Origin: Candidatus Omnitrophota bacterium | Lineage (GTDB): Bacteria > Omnitrophota > Gorgyraeia > Duberdicusellales > 4484-171 | Assembly: GCA_037146775.1 (NCBI GenBank) | Contig: JBAWWL010000003.1 | Location: forward strand, 133,956-197,955 | Direction of reading: 5' to 3' | DNA length: 64,000 nucleotides | Part shown: positions 26,675 through 37,827 of the stretch, piece by piece | Numbering within the stretch: position 1 is the first letter of the stretch | Layout: each line of letters begins with the position of its first letter | The notes under the pieces: model-generated | What the model saw: the letters and a program-made list of their open reading frames with translations, nothing else | What the model was told of the DNA's origin: nothing | Database searches by the model: none | Made by a program: the position numbers and the translations under genes

Positions 26675-27874
26675 ATGAAATACATTTTTATTGTTCCTGA
26701 CGGCGCCGCGGATTATCCTATTGAAATGCTTGCCGGTAAAACTCCTCTGGAGGCAGCGGACAAGCCATTTATGGATTCATTGGCTAAGAAAGGGATCCTG
26801 GGCAGAGTGAAAACCGTTCCAAGTGGATTTACTCCCGCCAGCGACGTGGCTAATCTTTCGCTTTTGGGTTATGAGCCGGAGAAATACTATTGTGGAAGAG
26901 GGCCTCTTGAAGCGGCGAATTTAGGCGTAACGTTAGAAGGGGGCGATGTGGCGTTTCGCTGTAATCTGATCACCGAAGCAGAAGGAAAAATTTTGGATTA
27001 TAGTGCCGGGCATATCAGTGACCACGAGGCAAAGCTGCTTATCGAACATATCAATACTAATGTAGGCACCAAAGAGATCGAATTTTATCCGGGTAAAAGT
27101 TACCGTCACCTGATGGTGTTTCGCCAGGGTGCCGGGCTTGGTCTTGAGAAGCTTACTTGTGTTGCTCCCCATGATATCATGGGCAAGCCTATAAAAAAAC
27201 ATATGCCGCAAGGTAAAAACAACGAAGTAATCGCAAAACTTATGCAGCGTTCGCAGGAGCTTCTCAAAGAGCATGAAATTAATAAGGTACGTATTGATTT
27301 GGGCGAAAATCCCGCTAATATGATTTGGCTCTGGGGTAGCGGGAAAAAGCCGGCGATCCCTCTGTTTCAGGAAAAATTCGGCTTACGCGGAGCGGTTATT
27401 TCCGCTGTTGATCTCATTAACGGGATTGGCAAAATTATCGGTTTGAAGGTTATTAAAGTGGAAGGAGCGAACGCTTATTATGATACCAATTATCAGGGTA
27501 AAGCCTTGGCTGCACTCGAAGCTTTGGAAGAGGTTGATTTTGTGTTTATCCACATAGAAGCAACGGATGAAGCCGGCCACAACCAGGATTTACGCATGAA
27601 AATTGCATGCATCGAACGCATCGATAAACTGGTGGTGGGAACGATTATCCAGAAAATGCAGGAAGGTACGTATCGGATCCTGATTGCTCCCGATCATCCT
27701 ACGCCGGTTTCAAAACGCACCCACACGGATGAGCCGGTGCCGTTTCTTATGGCCGGTAGCGGCATATCCAGCGGTGGTTTCTCTGCGTATTCGGAAACCG
27801 ATGCGGCAAATTCCAAGCTCTATTTGAATAGTGGTATAGAGTTGATGAAGTATTTTTTAAACCCGTCTCGTTAA
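26675..27874 (+). CDS. apgM: Cofactor-independent phosphoglycerate mutase, archaeal-type
   Basis: It has 'YIFIVPDGAADYP', 'FIHIEATDEAGH' and 'APDHPTP'. Confidence 0.85.
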   Translation: MKYIFIVPDGAADYPIEMLAGKTPLEAADKPFMDSLAKKGILGRVKTVPSGFTPASDVANLSLLGYEPEKYYCGRGPLEAANLGVTLEGGDVAFRCNLITEAEGKILDYSAGHISDHEAKLLIEHINTNVGTKEIEFYPGKSYRHLMVFRQGAGLGLEKLTCVAPHDIMGKPIKKHMPQGKNNEVIAKLMQRSQELLKEHEINKVRIDLGENPANMIWLWGSGKKPAIPLFQEKFGLRGAVISAVDLINGIGKIIGLKVIKVEGANAYYDTNYQGKALAALEALEEVDFVFIHIEATDEAGHNQDLRMKIACIERIDKLVVGTIIQKMQEGTYRILIAPDHPTPVSKRTHTDEPVPFLMAGSGISSGGFSAYSETDAANSKLYLNSGIELMKYFLNPSR

Positions 27875-27899
27875 AGATAAAAAATAATATTACGAAATA

Positions 27900-29468
27900 A
27901 TGAGCACATTTATTTTTTTAATAGTTTTGCTGGTGATGGTGGCCGGCTATTTTGTGTACGGACGATGGGTGAGCAGGTTCTTCGGTATCGACGTGTACCG
28001 CAAAACCCCCGCATATACGCATTATGACGGTATTGATTATGTCCCGTCGAAAAACTGGCTTATTCTTTTCGGTCACCATTTTGCTTCGATTGCCGGCGCC
28101 GGCCCGATTGTTGGACCGATATTTGCGTACATCTATTGGGGATGGTTCGGTGTGCTCTTGTGGATTATTTTTGGTTCGATTTTTATCGGAGGAATTCACG
28201 ATTTCGCGGCATTGTTTTTGTCGTTACGGGAAGGTGGCAGCAGTATCGGAGATATTGCAAAGAAATATATTTCTAAACGCGCAAGTATCATCTTTTTGAT
28301 TTTCCTCTGGATGGCTCTTATCCTGATAAACGCGGTGTTTGCTGCTTTATGTGCGCAGAGCTTTGTTGATGAGCCGAAGATTGTTTTTCCTTCTCTGGGG
28401 CTCATTCCGGTGGCAATGGTGGTAGGAGTGCTTCTCTATAAAATGAAAGCGAACACGCTTTTATCGACCGTTTTTGGTTTGTGTGCCCTGCTGTATTTGG
28501 TTGTTCTGGGTAACGGATTTCCCGTTGCGATAAGTAATAACGCGTATTATTTTTGGGTGGCCATACTTTTTATTTATTGCTTTCTGGCATCTGTGCTTCC
28601 GGTGAACATATTGCTTCAACCGCGCGATTATCTTTCCAGTTTTCTTTTATTTTTTGGCCTCGCGGTTTCTTGTTTGGCAATTGTAGTTAAGCCGCTTCCT
28701 CTGGAATCGGCTCATTTTTTTAAATTTTCTTCCCCGATCGGTTCTTTTTTCCCTTTACTTTTCATTACCGTTGCCTGCGGGGCGGTTTCCGGATTCCATG
28801 CCTTGGTTTCCAGTGGCACCACCTCCAAACAGCTCGCTTCGGAAAAAGACATACAAAAAATAGGTTACGGCGCAATGATTGTAGAGGCTATATTGGCGGC
28901 GGTGGCGCTATTTTGTGTTGTATTCGGCGTAAAAAAAATTCCGGCAGGAAAGACCCCCATAGACATTTTTGCTCTCGGTTTTTCAAATGTGGTATTTTTC
29001 TTGGGTAGTTACGCTAAACCGTTCGCGTTTTTATTGTTGAATGCGTTTATTCTGACCACTCTTGATACTTCAACGAGGATTACCCGTTATCTAACCCAGG
29101 AACTGTTTCATATCAATAATAAATATCTGGCGACGTGTGTAGTGGTGCTTTTTTCCGGCTATCTGTGTTTGAGCGGCCAATGGCAGATGCTTTGGCCGAT
29201 CTTTGGCGCATCGAACCAGCTGGTTGCGGGCTTGACGCTTTTGGTGGCAAGCGCGTATCTCCTGCAGCATAAAAAAAGTTGCCGTATAACCCTTATCCCT
29301 GCAGGCATTATGTTTGTTATCACCGGTTGCGCATTGGTGATACAGGCAATGGAATTTTTCAGCAAAAGAAATTATTTTCTCTTTGTAATCAATATAATAC
29401 TTATAGCGCTTGGTGTATTCATTGTTATGGAATTTTTTAAAAAAAGAAGGAGCATATATGCAGGCTAA
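27900..29468 (+). CDS. cstA: Carbon starvation protein A family transporter
   Basis: It has 'HHFASIAGAGPIVGPIFAYIYWGW' and multiple TM helices. It is 522 aa. Confidence 0.85.
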   Translation: MSTFIFLIVLLVMVAGYFVYGRWVSRFFGIDVYRKTPAYTHYDGIDYVPSKNWLILFGHHFASIAGAGPIVGPIFAYIYWGWFGVLLWIIFGSIFIGGIHDFAALFLSLREGGSSIGDIAKKYISKRASIIFLIFLWMALILINAVFAALCAQSFVDEPKIVFPSLGLIPVAMVVGVLLYKMKANTLLSTVFGLCALLYLVVLGNGFPVAISNNAYYFWVAILFIYCFLASVLPVNILLQPRDYLSSFLLFFGLAVSCLAIVVKPLPLESAHFFKFSSPIGSFFPLLFITVACGAVSGFHALVSSGTTSKQLASEKDIQKIGYGAMIVEAILAAVALFCVVFGVKKIPAGKTPIDIFALGFSNVVFFLGSYAKPFAFLLLNAFILTTLDTSTRITRYLTQELFHINNKYLATCVVVLFSGYLCLSGQWQMLWPIFGASNQLVAGLTLLVASAYLLQHKKSCRITLIPAGIMFVITGCALVIQAMEFFSKRNYFLFVINIILIALGVFIVMEFFKKRRSIYAG

Positions 29469-30687
29469 ATTGATTATACAAAAATATGGGGGAACCTCGG
29501 TGGGGGATGTCAAACGCCTTGAGGCGGTTGCCGAGCGTATTGCTTCCTGTGTCAAGAAAGGGCACAGGCTGGTGGTGGTAGTCTCGGCCATGGGGGATAC
29601 CACTGATGAATTGATCGATCTGGCGAGAAAGATCAATCAACATCCTTCGGAGCGGGAGATGGACATGCTTATTTCTACCGGAGAACAGATTTCGTCGGCG
29701 CTTTTGGCAATGGCGATACACACCAAAGGTTGCGAGGCTATTTCTTTTACCGGCCCGCAAGTCGGCATTATTACCGATACCTATCATACCAAGGCAAAAA
29801 TTTTAAAGATTGAAACAAGCCGGATAAAAGAAGAGCTCGCTCGAGGTAAAGTCGTTATCGTCGCTGGTTTTCAGGGAATCAGCACCAAATCAGAAATCAC
29901 TACATTGGGTAGAGGCGGTTCGGATTTAAGTGCGGTCGCTTTGGCGGTTGCCCTTGGAGCCGACATGTGCGAGATCTATACGGATGTTGAAGGCATTTTT
30001 ACTGCCGACCCACGCATTGTTCCCGGGGCGCGTAAACTTAAATACATTACTTTTGACGAAATGTTGGAGCTGGCTGCTCGCGGTGCACAGGTGATGCAAA
30101 CCAGGGCGGTTGAGGTTGGTAAAAAATTTAACATGCCTATTTATGTACGTTCAAGCTTTAGCCAAAAGGAGGGAACGGTAATCATGAACAAAAAACCACA
30201 CATTGAAGAGCCCGTGGTTCGCGGAGTTGCTTTAACAGAAAACGAAGCCAAGATCACTATTTGTGACGTTCCCGATCAGCCGGGCATCGCGGCAGAGATT
30301 TTTAATGATTTAGCTTCCCAGAATATTAACATCGATATGATCGTACAAAATGTCAGCCATCGTAAAATGACCGATGTTTCTTTTACTGTGCCTAAGGATA
30401 ATTTGCAAAAGGCACTTAAAACCGCCAAAAAGATTTCGGGAAGTATTTCTGCCGGTGGTGTGCTTTCTGACGAAAATGTGGCGAAAGTTTCAGTCGTGGG
30501 AGTGGGTATGAAATCGCAATCTGGTGTTGCGGCGAAGTGTTTTTCGGCCCTGGCAAAACATAAAATTAATATTGAGATGATTTCGACCTCCGAGATCAGT
30601 ATTTCCTGTGTGGTAAAAAAAGAGTTGGGGAAAGAATCTTTGAGGGTGCTGCATAAAGAGTTTGGATTGGAAAAAATAAAAGGATAA
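29458..30687 (+). CDS. lysC: Aspartate kinase with C-terminal ACT domains
   Basis: It has 'LIIQKYGGTSVGD', 'VVVVSAMGDTTDELIDL' and two ACT repeats. It overlaps the cstA end by 11 nt. Confidence 0.9.
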   Translation: MQAKLIIQKYGGTSVGDVKRLEAVAERIASCVKKGHRLVVVVSAMGDTTDELIDLARKINQHPSEREMDMLISTGEQISSALLAMAIHTKGCEAISFTGPQVGIITDTYHTKAKILKIETSRIKEELARGKVVIVAGFQGISTKSEITTLGRGGSDLSAVALAVALGADMCEIYTDVEGIFTADPRIVPGARKLKYITFDEMLELAARGAQVMQTRAVEVGKKFNMPIYVRSSFSQKEGTVIMNKKPHIEEPVVRGVALTENEAKITICDVPDQPGIAAEIFNDLASQNINIDMIVQNVSHRKMTDVSFTVPKDNLQKALKTAKKISGSISAGGVLSDENVAKVSVVGVGMKSQSGVAAKCFSALAKHKINIEMISTSEISISCVVKKELGKESLRVLHKEFGLEKIKG

Positions 30688-30859
30688 ACGAGGTTTTATA
30701 GGTTTAGTCTTTATTTCTCCGGTGAGAATGTATCAATGTCATCACAGGCGAGTGTGCATCGCCTTGCCGCAGGGGAAAGAGGCATACGGATTGTCTGTAA
30801 TGTGTGAGGGGTATATTGTTTCGGTTGAGACATAAAGACTTTGCAGGGGAGTATTGATA

Positions 30860-32437
30860 ATGAAAAAAATAGCCATATACGACACGACATTACGTGATGG
30901 CGCACAGACAGAAGGAATCTCTTATTCGCTGCACGACAAAATTACCATCACCAAACGTTTGGATGAGTTTGGTGTAGATTTCATTGAAGGAGGCTGGCCG
31001 TACTCAAATCCTAAAGATAAAGAGTTGTTTAAGTATTTTAAGAAAAACCCTTTACGCAATTCCCAGCTTGTTCCTTTTGGTTCTACCGCTCATCCCGCGC
31101 ATGCAGCTTCGGAAGATAAAAATTTGCTCAGTCTCATTGCTGCCGGGACAGAGTGGGTGACTATCTTTGGCAAAACGTGGGATTTGCATGTCGAGGAAAT
31201 CTTAAAAATAAAGCCAGAAGATAATTTAAAAATTATTTATGAAAGTGTAAAATTCTTAAAGAAGAAAGGAAAAAAAGTTTTTTATGATGCTGAGCATTTC
31301 TTTGACGGCTACAAAGCCAACCCCTCCTATGCGCTTAAGACCGTAGAAGCAGCCATATCCGGCGGTTGTGATTTGCTTGTGTTTTGTGATACTAACGGCG
31401 GCACGCTTCCCTGGCATGTACAGGAAGTCGTTAAGGGCGTGAAAAAACAGCTTTGCTTGGAACATTTTGGTATCCATTGCCACAATGATTTAGGTCTTGC
31501 CTTGGCGAATTCGCTTATCTCCATACCCGATGGCTTAGAGCAAATTCAAGGTACTATTAACGGCTATGGTGAGCGCTGTGGCAACACCGATTTGATACTG
31601 GTGATGGGAATATTGCAGCTGAAAATGAATTACGAACCGTTATTTCCCAAAAAAATGGCAGAGCTAACCAAACTCTCTCATGTTATAAGCGAAATCAGCA
31701 ATATGGCTCAGCGAGATAACCATCCTTTTGTGGGAAGCAGCGCCTTTGCCCATAAGGGCGGTATCCATATTGATGCAGTTATTAAGAATCCTCTTGCCTA
31801 TGAACATATTGATCCCGTATCGGTGGGTAATAAGCGCCGTTTTCTCGTTTCGGAATTAGCCGGGAAATCCACACTGGTCATAAAAGCAAAAGAGCTGGAA
31901 TTTGATTTGGATAAGAAATCTGCTCAGGCAAAGAAGATACATAAACTAATTCAAAAATTAGAGAAGCAGGGATATCAGTTTGAAGCCGCCGAAGGATCAT
32001 TCAAACTACTTCTGCAAAAGGAATTTAAAAAGTATAAGAAATTTTTTGATTTGTTGGGTTTTCGGGTCAGCGTGGAGAAACGAGAGGATGGCAGATTGAT
32101 TTCCGAAGCGGTGGTGAAACTGAAGATACAGAACAAACTGGAACATAGTGCCGCCGAGGGAGATGGCCCGGTAAACGCGCTTGATAACGCCCTACGCAAG
32201 GCGCTTAAGAATTTCTATCCAACCTTGTCTAAAATGCACCTCACTGATTTTAAAGTAAGGGTTTTGGACGAAAAAAGCGGAACTGCCGCCAAAGTACGGG
32301 TATTGATTGAATCCCAAGATGAAAACGAAGACTGGTCAACCATTGGCGTCTCCGAAAACATTATTGAGGCTTCTTGGAATGCGCTGGTTGACTCGGTAGA
32401 GTATAAACTGTTGAAAGATTTACACGCCCAAGAGTGA
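30860..32437 (+). CDS. cimA: (R)-citramalate synthase (LeuA-family)
   Basis: It has 'IAIYDTTLRDGAQTEG' and 'HCHNDLGLALANSL'. It is about 525 aa with a C-terminal LeuA-dimer regulatory domain, distinct from the true leuA at 37912. Confidence 0.75.
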   Translation: MKKIAIYDTTLRDGAQTEGISYSLHDKITITKRLDEFGVDFIEGGWPYSNPKDKELFKYFKKNPLRNSQLVPFGSTAHPAHAASEDKNLLSLIAAGTEWVTIFGKTWDLHVEEILKIKPEDNLKIIYESVKFLKKKGKKVFYDAEHFFDGYKANPSYALKTVEAAISGGCDLLVFCDTNGGTLPWHVQEVVKGVKKQLCLEHFGIHCHNDLGLALANSLISIPDGLEQIQGTINGYGERCGNTDLILVMGILQLKMNYEPLFPKKMAELTKLSHVISEISNMAQRDNHPFVGSSAFAHKGGIHIDAVIKNPLAYEHIDPVSVGNKRRFLVSELAGKSTLVIKAKELEFDLDKKSAQAKKIHKLIQKLEKQGYQFEAAEGSFKLLLQKEFKKYKKFFDLLGFRVSVEKREDGRLISEAVVKLKIQNKLEHSAAEGDGPVNALDNALRKALKNFYPTLSKMHLTDFKVRVLDEKSGTAAKVRVLIESQDENEDWSTIGVSENIIEASWNALVDSVEYKLLKDLHAQE

Positions 32438-32612
32438 AAAGGTTGCCAGGAAAAATAAATTCCTGATTATTTGTTTATCTTTCCTGCCGGTAGCCGTTGG
32501 GCAAAAAGAAATTTACTTGCTGCGCCGCATATTCAGCCGAGTCGGGAATATCCAGAGAAACCACGGGCTAAAGCCCGTGGAGGTTCATTTGGCGTATCAA
32601 AATAACCCGCAC

Positions 32613-34250
32613 ATGAAATATTATATTATTTATATAGCGGTACTTATGACAGCATTCATTACTCGTAGTGTGTATGCTGAAACGGTTACTCTTAAGTCAG
32701 GAAAAATCGTGCAAGGCAAGGTTCTTGAACAAACCGATGTGTACCTTGTTATGGAAATTTCTGGATTAGAAATAAAATACTATCTCGACGAGATAACAAG
32801 TATAGACGGTAAAGTGCTTGCTTCTGTTATTCCCGGAACCCAGCCACCGGACTCTTCGCAGAATATACCCGGCTTAGAGCAAACATTCCAAGATGCAGAC
32901 GTGGGATACTCGCTCGGTTATCCGTCCAGTTGGGAACTTGTACCTGATGCGGAGAAGAAAAAAGGTTGTAGCGTGAGCCTGCGTTCAAAGAAAATCAGCC
33001 GTAGCGAACCGGCGGTATACCTGTCTTTACAACAAGGCAATTACAGCGAAGATAAACTAAAAGATAAAAATACCATGAGTGATCTGTTGAGCCTTTTGCC
33101 TTTGCCGCGGGAGTTAAAACAAGAATCAGCGGATGCCGTTACCATACATCAGGATTCCTGGCTTTTTATGCGTTACACGCAAAATATTCCCTATACCCTT
33201 ACCAACGTCGACGAAAAAGGAAATAGCTTGAACGGTTTTATGACCAGCTATTATGATTATTATTTCTTTTCTCCGGTATTTGTTTCGCAAGGCAAAAACA
33301 AAAGATTTTTTCTTATCGAGGTGTATTATCTTAAATTCAATCCGTTGGCCGAAGACAGTAACAGCAGCATAACCAAAACGATTATTGAGAAACACATGTT
33401 ATCTAATGACCGTTATAATGAGAACGTGGATACGCGCAGCAAAGAAGCCAGGATGGTTGTTGACTCATTTCGTTACCGGCCAAGCGATTCGTCGCCGGAG
33501 CAGGCTGTGTCTTCGGCTGTAGAAAAGAAGGCGTCTCAAGTTCCTTCGGTCAGCGTAAAACTTTCTTTAGGTAAACTTAAGGAGGCACAGGATTATCTGC
33601 AGCGCGGCAGAAACTATCTGATAGATAAGAAATATCAGGATGCGATTATACAGATCCAGAAAGCGCTTGCTATTAACCCGCAGGATGCGTTTGCTTACGT
33701 TAGTTTGGGCGAAGCCTACGGAGCCTTAGGGAATAATAAGCAAGCCGTAGAGTATTTTCGAAAAGCCATGGATATTATTCCTAATTACCTTGAAGCCTAT
33801 GCGGGTTTAGGGTATGTGTATATCGCTTCCGGACAACAACAGGAAGCAGTTGCTGTGTTTCAAAAAGCTACCGAAATTAACCCCAAGTATGCCGAAGGTT
33901 ACCGGGGGTTGGGATATATCTATTCAAGACTTGGCCAATACGATCCGGCCATCACTCAATATCAGAAAGCTTTGAAGATAGACCCGAACAACGTCTATTA
34001 TAATAAAGAAATAGGTTTTCTGTATGTTTCCCTGGGTCAATACCGAGAAGCGATCACCTACTTCCAGAAGGCAATCAAACTTAATCCGGAATATGCCGAA
34101 GGTTACACCGGTTTAGGGTTTGTATATTATTCTCTTGGCCAGAATCAAAATGCAAAAGAACACTTTCAGAAGGCCAGGCAGCTTTTCAGAAATAAACAGG
34201 ACATGGAAGGGGTAAAAATAATAGAGGAATACCTCAAAAAGATCCCCTAA
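32613..34250 (+). CDS. Secreted TPR-repeat protein with conserved N-terminal beta-domain
   Basis: It has a signal peptide, then 'AETVTLKSGKIVQGKVLEQ...YYLDEITSIDGK'. It has C-terminal TPRs ('AFAYVSLGEAYGALGNNKQAVEYFRKA' and similar). The N-domain is paralogous to the 49480 gene. Confidence 0.7.
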   Translation: MKYYIIYIAVLMTAFITRSVYAETVTLKSGKIVQGKVLEQTDVYLVMEISGLEIKYYLDEITSIDGKVLASVIPGTQPPDSSQNIPGLEQTFQDADVGYSLGYPSSWELVPDAEKKKGCSVSLRSKKISRSEPAVYLSLQQGNYSEDKLKDKNTMSDLLSLLPLPRELKQESADAVTIHQDSWLFMRYTQNIPYTLTNVDEKGNSLNGFMTSYYDYYFFSPVFVSQGKNKRFFLIEVYYLKFNPLAEDSNSSITKTIIEKHMLSNDRYNENVDTRSKEARMVVDSFRYRPSDSSPEQAVSSAVEKKASQVPSVSVKLSLGKLKEAQDYLQRGRNYLIDKKYQDAIIQIQKALAINPQDAFAYVSLGEAYGALGNNKQAVEYFRKAMDIIPNYLEAYAGLGYVYIASGQQQEAVAVFQKATEINPKYAEGYRGLGYIYSRLGQYDPAITQYQKALKIDPNNVYYNKEIGFLYVSLGQYREAITYFQKAIKLNPEYAEGYTGLGFVYYSLGQNQNAKEHFQKARQLFRNKQDMEGVKIIEEYLKKIP

Positions 34251-34414
34251 CACAGCTTCTAAATCTCAATTCTATCATCATTTATCTGATATATTTACAT
34301 GGTTTTTGAAGAGAAAAAGCAGTTGTTGTCTTTTCGTTTTGAAGTGATATAATTGGATATTTATTAGCCGGGATATAGGCACAAGTATACCCCATTATTA
34401 AAGGATTAATCCAT

Positions 34415-36079
34415 ATGAACGGAGCACGAATACTCATTGAGTCGCTTTTAAAAGAAAAGGTAGAGGTAATGTTTGGTTATCCTGGCGGCCAGGTTTTGCC
34501 AATTTTTGACGCGTTATACGATGCTCCGATCAGGTTTATCTTGACGCGCCACGAACAAGCTGCAGCCCACGCTGCCGATGGTTACGCCCGGGCAACGGGT
34601 AAAGTGGGTGTGTGCCTTGCGACGAGTGGCCCTGGCGCGACTAATTTGACCACAGGCATCGCTACCGCCTACATGGATTCTATCCCGATGGTCGCTATTA
34701 CCGGCCAGGTGAAGACGTTTTTGATCGGTAACGACGCTTTTCAGGAAGCAGATGTTACCGGTATTACCCGGCCTATAACGAAACACAATTATTTAGTTAA
34801 AGATATAAAAGATTTGGCGCGTATTATACAGGAAGCTTTTCATATTGCTTCTACCGGCAGGCCCGGCCCGGTATTAATCGATATCCCCAGTGATATCCAA
34901 CAGCAGAACTATGAATTTATTTGGCCGGAGGAAGTTAATATTAAAGGCTATAAACCAACATATTTCGGCCATCCCGGACAAATCAAAAGAGCGGCAAAAT
35001 TAATCGTTCAGGCAAAAAGGCCTATTATTTATGCCGGTGGAGGGGTTATCACTTCCGGTGCCCATCGGGAATTAAAAATATTGGCAGAAAAGATAAAGGC
35101 TCCGGTGACCATGACCTTGATGGGTTTGGGAGGATTTCCCGGTACCCACGAACTTTCTTTGGGAATGCTCGGTATGCACGGCACCGCATATGCCAACCAC
35201 GCTATTATGGAGTCAGACTTGATCATTGCCGTCGGCGCGCGTTTTGACGACAGGGTTACCGGACGGCTTGACGCTTTTGCGAAAGGCGCAAAGATAATAC
35301 ATATTGACGTTGATCCGTCGTCAATCAGCAAAAATGTCGGTGCGGAAATTCCGGTCGTCGGCGACGCGAGAAATATTTTAGGCCAGTTGCTAGAAGAAAT
35401 AAAAAAAGTTCCCGATACAAAAGAATGGCTTAAGACTATAGAAGGCTGGAAGAAAAAATATCCTCTCTCTTATAAAGATAAAACGAAAATCAGCCCCCAA
35501 TATGTCATGGAACAAATTTATAGTATAACTGCCGGTGACGCTATTATAGCCACCGAGGTCGGACAACATCAAATGTGGGCAGCGCAATGGTACAAATATC
35601 TTTATCCGCGCACGTTTATTTCCAGCGGCGGATTGGGCACTATGGGGTTTGGTTTTCCCGCAGCCATGGGTGCGAAGATTGCTTTTCCCGAAAAATTGGT
35701 TTTTGATATTGCCGGCGATGGCTCTATTCAGATGAACATACAGGAGTTGGCTACCTGTGTGTGTAATAAGATAAACGTGAAGGTAATTATATTTAATAAT
35801 GGTTATTTAGGCATGGTGCGGCAGTGGCAGGAATTGTTTTATAAAAAGCGCTATTCTCATGTGTGTATTACCGCGCCAGATTTTGTGAAGTTGGCGCAAA
35901 GCTACGGTGCCGAAGGAATCCGCATTACTAAAAAAGAAGAAGTGCGCAAAGCTTTGGAGAAAGCCATGAGTATAGATAACACGGTGTTTGTCGATATTCA
36001 GGTTGAGCCGGAAGAGAATGTATTTCCGATGGTTCCGGCAGGAGAAGCTATCAACCGGTTCATCGGCGGGTTGGCCTAG
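34415..36079 (+). CDS. ilvB: Acetolactate synthase large subunit
   Basis: It has TPP motifs '[14 protein letters not shown]' and '[14 protein letters not shown]'. It is 554 aa. Confidence 0.9.
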   Translation: MNGARILIESLLKEKVEVMFGYPGGQVLPIFDALYDAPIRFILTRHEQAAAHAADGYARATGKVGVCLATSGPGATNLTTGIATAYMDSIPMVAITGQVKTFLIGNDAFQEADVTGITRPITKHNYLVKDIKDLARIIQEAFHIASTGRPGPVLIDIPSDIQQQNYEFIWPEEVNIKGYKPTYFGHPGQIKRAAKLIVQAKRPIIYAGGGVITSGAHRELKILAEKIKAPVTMTLMGLGGFPGTHELSLGMLGMHGTAYANHAIMESDLIIAVGARFDDRVTGRLDAFAKGAKIIHIDVDPSSISKNVGAEIPVVGDARNILGQLLEEIKKVPDTKEWLKTIEGWKKKYPLSYKDKTKISPQYVMEQIYSITAGDAIIATEVGQHQMWAAQWYKYLYPRTFISSGGLGTMGFGFPAAMGAKIAFPEKLVFDIAGDGSIQMNIQELATCVCNKINVKVIIFNNGYLGMVRQWQELFYKKRYSHVCITAPDFVKLAQSYGAEGIRITKKEEVRKALEKAMSIDNTVFVDIQVEPEENVFPMVPAGEAINRFIGGLA

Positions 36080-36137
36080 GAATATTAAGAATCAAAAATA
36101 AGATATAAGTTTTTTATTTTTAGAGGTATAAAGACGG

Positions 36138-36608
36138 ATGAGACATACAATTTCAGTTATAGTCGAAAATAAACCGGGAGTATTGGCACGCATTTCAGGA
36201 TTATTCAGCGCGCGAGGTTACAATATTGCTTCTTTAGCGGTGAGCGAAACATTGGATCCTACCATATCCTATATGACTATGGTGGTGGACGCAGAGGACG
36301 AGCGTATTTTAGAGCAGATAAAAAAACAGCTTAATAAGCTTATCGACGTTATCACCGTTACTGATTTTACTAAAAAAGAACATGTCGAGAGAGAATTAAT
36401 TCTAGTAAAAGTGAACTATGCTGCAAAAGAGAAGAGTAAACTGACAGCTATTTTAAATAAATATATGGCGAAAATAGTGCTTCATAATGCGGATACGGCT
36501 ATTATTGAGGCAGTAGGTGAGCAGGAAGTTATCAAGCAATTGTTGGTCGTGTTGGATAAGATTGGAATAAAAGAATTAATTAGGACAGGAAAAATAGCCA
36601 TCGCTTAG
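36138..36608 (+). CDS. ilvN: Acetolactate synthase small (regulatory) subunit
   Basis: It has an ACT domain ('ISVIVENKPGVLARISGLFSARGYNI'). It is 156 aa and directly follows ilvB. Confidence 0.85.
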   Translation: MRHTISVIVENKPGVLARISGLFSARGYNIASLAVSETLDPTISYMTMVVDAEDERILEQIKKQLNKLIDVITVTDFTKKEHVERELILVKVNYAAKEKSKLTAILNKYMAKIVLHNADTAIIEAVGEQEVIKQLLVVLDKIGIKELIRTGKIAIA

Positions 36609-36609
36609 G

Positions 36610-36693
36610 AAACAGAGGACAGATATCAGAGGTCAGAGGACAGAAGTCAGACGTCAGGTGTCAGAAGACAGAAAAAAGAAGTCAGAATCATAA
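36610..36693. repeat. Tandem heptad repeat (GNCAGAN) x about 12, 7-nt period (site B) in the ilvN-ilvC spacer
   Basis: 'aacagag gacagat atcagag gtcagag gacagaa gtcagac gtcaggt gtcagaa gacagaa aaaagaa gtcagaa'. Confidence 0.7.
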
Positions 36694-36718
36694 CAGTTGA
36701 ATAATAAGGAGGTAGAAG

Positions 36719-37711
36719 ATGGCACAGGTGTATTATGACAAGGACGCGGATCTTGATTTATTAAAAGGCAAAACCATCGCTATCATCGGCTACGGTATTC
36801 AGGGTCGCGGCCAGGCGTTGTGTTTACGCGATACGGGCTGTACCGTAATTGTTTCGGAGCTTTCAGGTACACCGAACTATGAGCAGGCAAAGAAAGATGG
36901 TTTTAATCCTGTTTCTGCCGCTCAGGCCGCTACAGAAGGAGACATTATCCAGATTTTAACTCAAGATCATGTACAGGCGAAAGTGTACGCAGAACATATT
37001 AAGCCAAACCTGAAAAAAGGAAAAGCGCTTTGTTTTTCGCACGGATTTAATATCCGTTTTAAACAGATAAAACCGCCAAAAAATGTAGACGTCTTTATGG
37101 TTGCTCCTAAGGGCCCAGGAGCTTTGGTGCGGCGTATGTATGAGGAAGGTAAGGGTGTTCCTTGTTTAGTCGCAGTTTTCCAGGATGGATCAGGCCAGGC
37201 AAAACAGCTTGCGCTTGCTTATGCGAAAGCCATCGGCGGTACTCGCATGGGAGTTATTGAAACAACTTTTGCGGAAGAGACCGAAACCGATTTATTTGGT
37301 GAACAGGCGGTGCTTTGCGGTGGTGTCAGTGAGCTGATCAAGGCTGGTTTTGATACTTTGATCGAAGCAGGATATCAACCGGAGATTGCTTATTTCGAAG
37401 TACTACACGAATTAAAGCTCATTACAGATTTAATACAGGAATTTGGTATCAGCGGAATGCGGCGCCGAGTTTCCAATACTGCGTGTTACGGTGATCTCAC
37501 CAGGGGGCCGATGGTAGTTAACGAAAAAACACGTAAAACCATGCAAAAGATTCTTAAAAGTATCCGCTCGGGAAAGTTTGCGCGGGAATGGATCAAAGAA
37601 AATGAAGCCGGCAGAAAGAATTTTGATAGCCTTTTGAAGAAAGGCGATGAACACAAAATAGAACAAGTAGGAAAACAGCTTCGGGAAATGATGCCTTGGA
37701 TGAAAAAATAG
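36719..37711 (+). CDS. ilvC: Ketol-acid reductoisomerase
   Basis: It has '[23 protein letters not shown]' and '[12 protein letters not shown]'. The RBS is 'aaggagg'. Confidence 0.9.
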   Translation: MAQVYYDKDADLDLLKGKTIAIIGYGIQGRGQALCLRDTGCTVIVSELSGTPNYEQAKKDGFNPVSAAQAATEGDIIQILTQDHVQAKVYAEHIKPNLKKGKALCFSHGFNIRFKQIKPPKNVDVFMVAPKGPGALVRRMYEEGKGVPCLVAVFQDGSGQAKQLALAYAKAIGGTRMGVIETTFAEETETDLFGEQAVLCGGVSELIKAGFDTLIEAGYQPEIAYFEVLHELKLITDLIQEFGISGMRRRVSNTACYGDLTRGPMVVNEKTRKTMQKILKSIRSGKFAREWIKENEAGRKNFDSLLKKGDEHKIEQVGKQLREMMPWMKK

Positions 37712-37756
37712 ATCCTTCGGTTGCTTTGCAGCCTCAGGATTAATTCGCACTATTAT

Positions 37757-37806
37757 TTTTTTGCGTGCCTTTGACACTTGGAAAAATAATGTGCTTATTA
37801 AAATGA
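37757..37806. repeat. About 48-nt AT-rich palindromic element (copy 2), 45 nt after the ilvC stop
   Basis: 'gcactattatttttttgcgtgcctttgacacttggaaaaataatgtgc' is near-identical to 3449-3498. Confidence 0.5.
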
Positions 37807-37827
37807 TGCCCTGGATGAAAAACAAAT

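Noticed and set aside
27897-27920. 20-nt match 'taatgagcacatttattttttt' to the start of the palindromic repeat at 3443
   Set aside because: It lies at and inside the cstA start codon region in AT-rich sequence. The second arm of the palindrome is absent, so it is probably chance similarity.
30690-30859. Leader peptide, attenuator or T-box upstream of cimA (and upstream of ilvB at 34251-34414)
   Set aside because: The small ORFs present (e.g. MYQCHHRRVCIALPQGKEAYGLSV) have no Ile/Leu/Val codon runs. No T-box consensus (AATTAGGGTGGTACCGCG-like) or clear terminator/antiterminator pair was seen.
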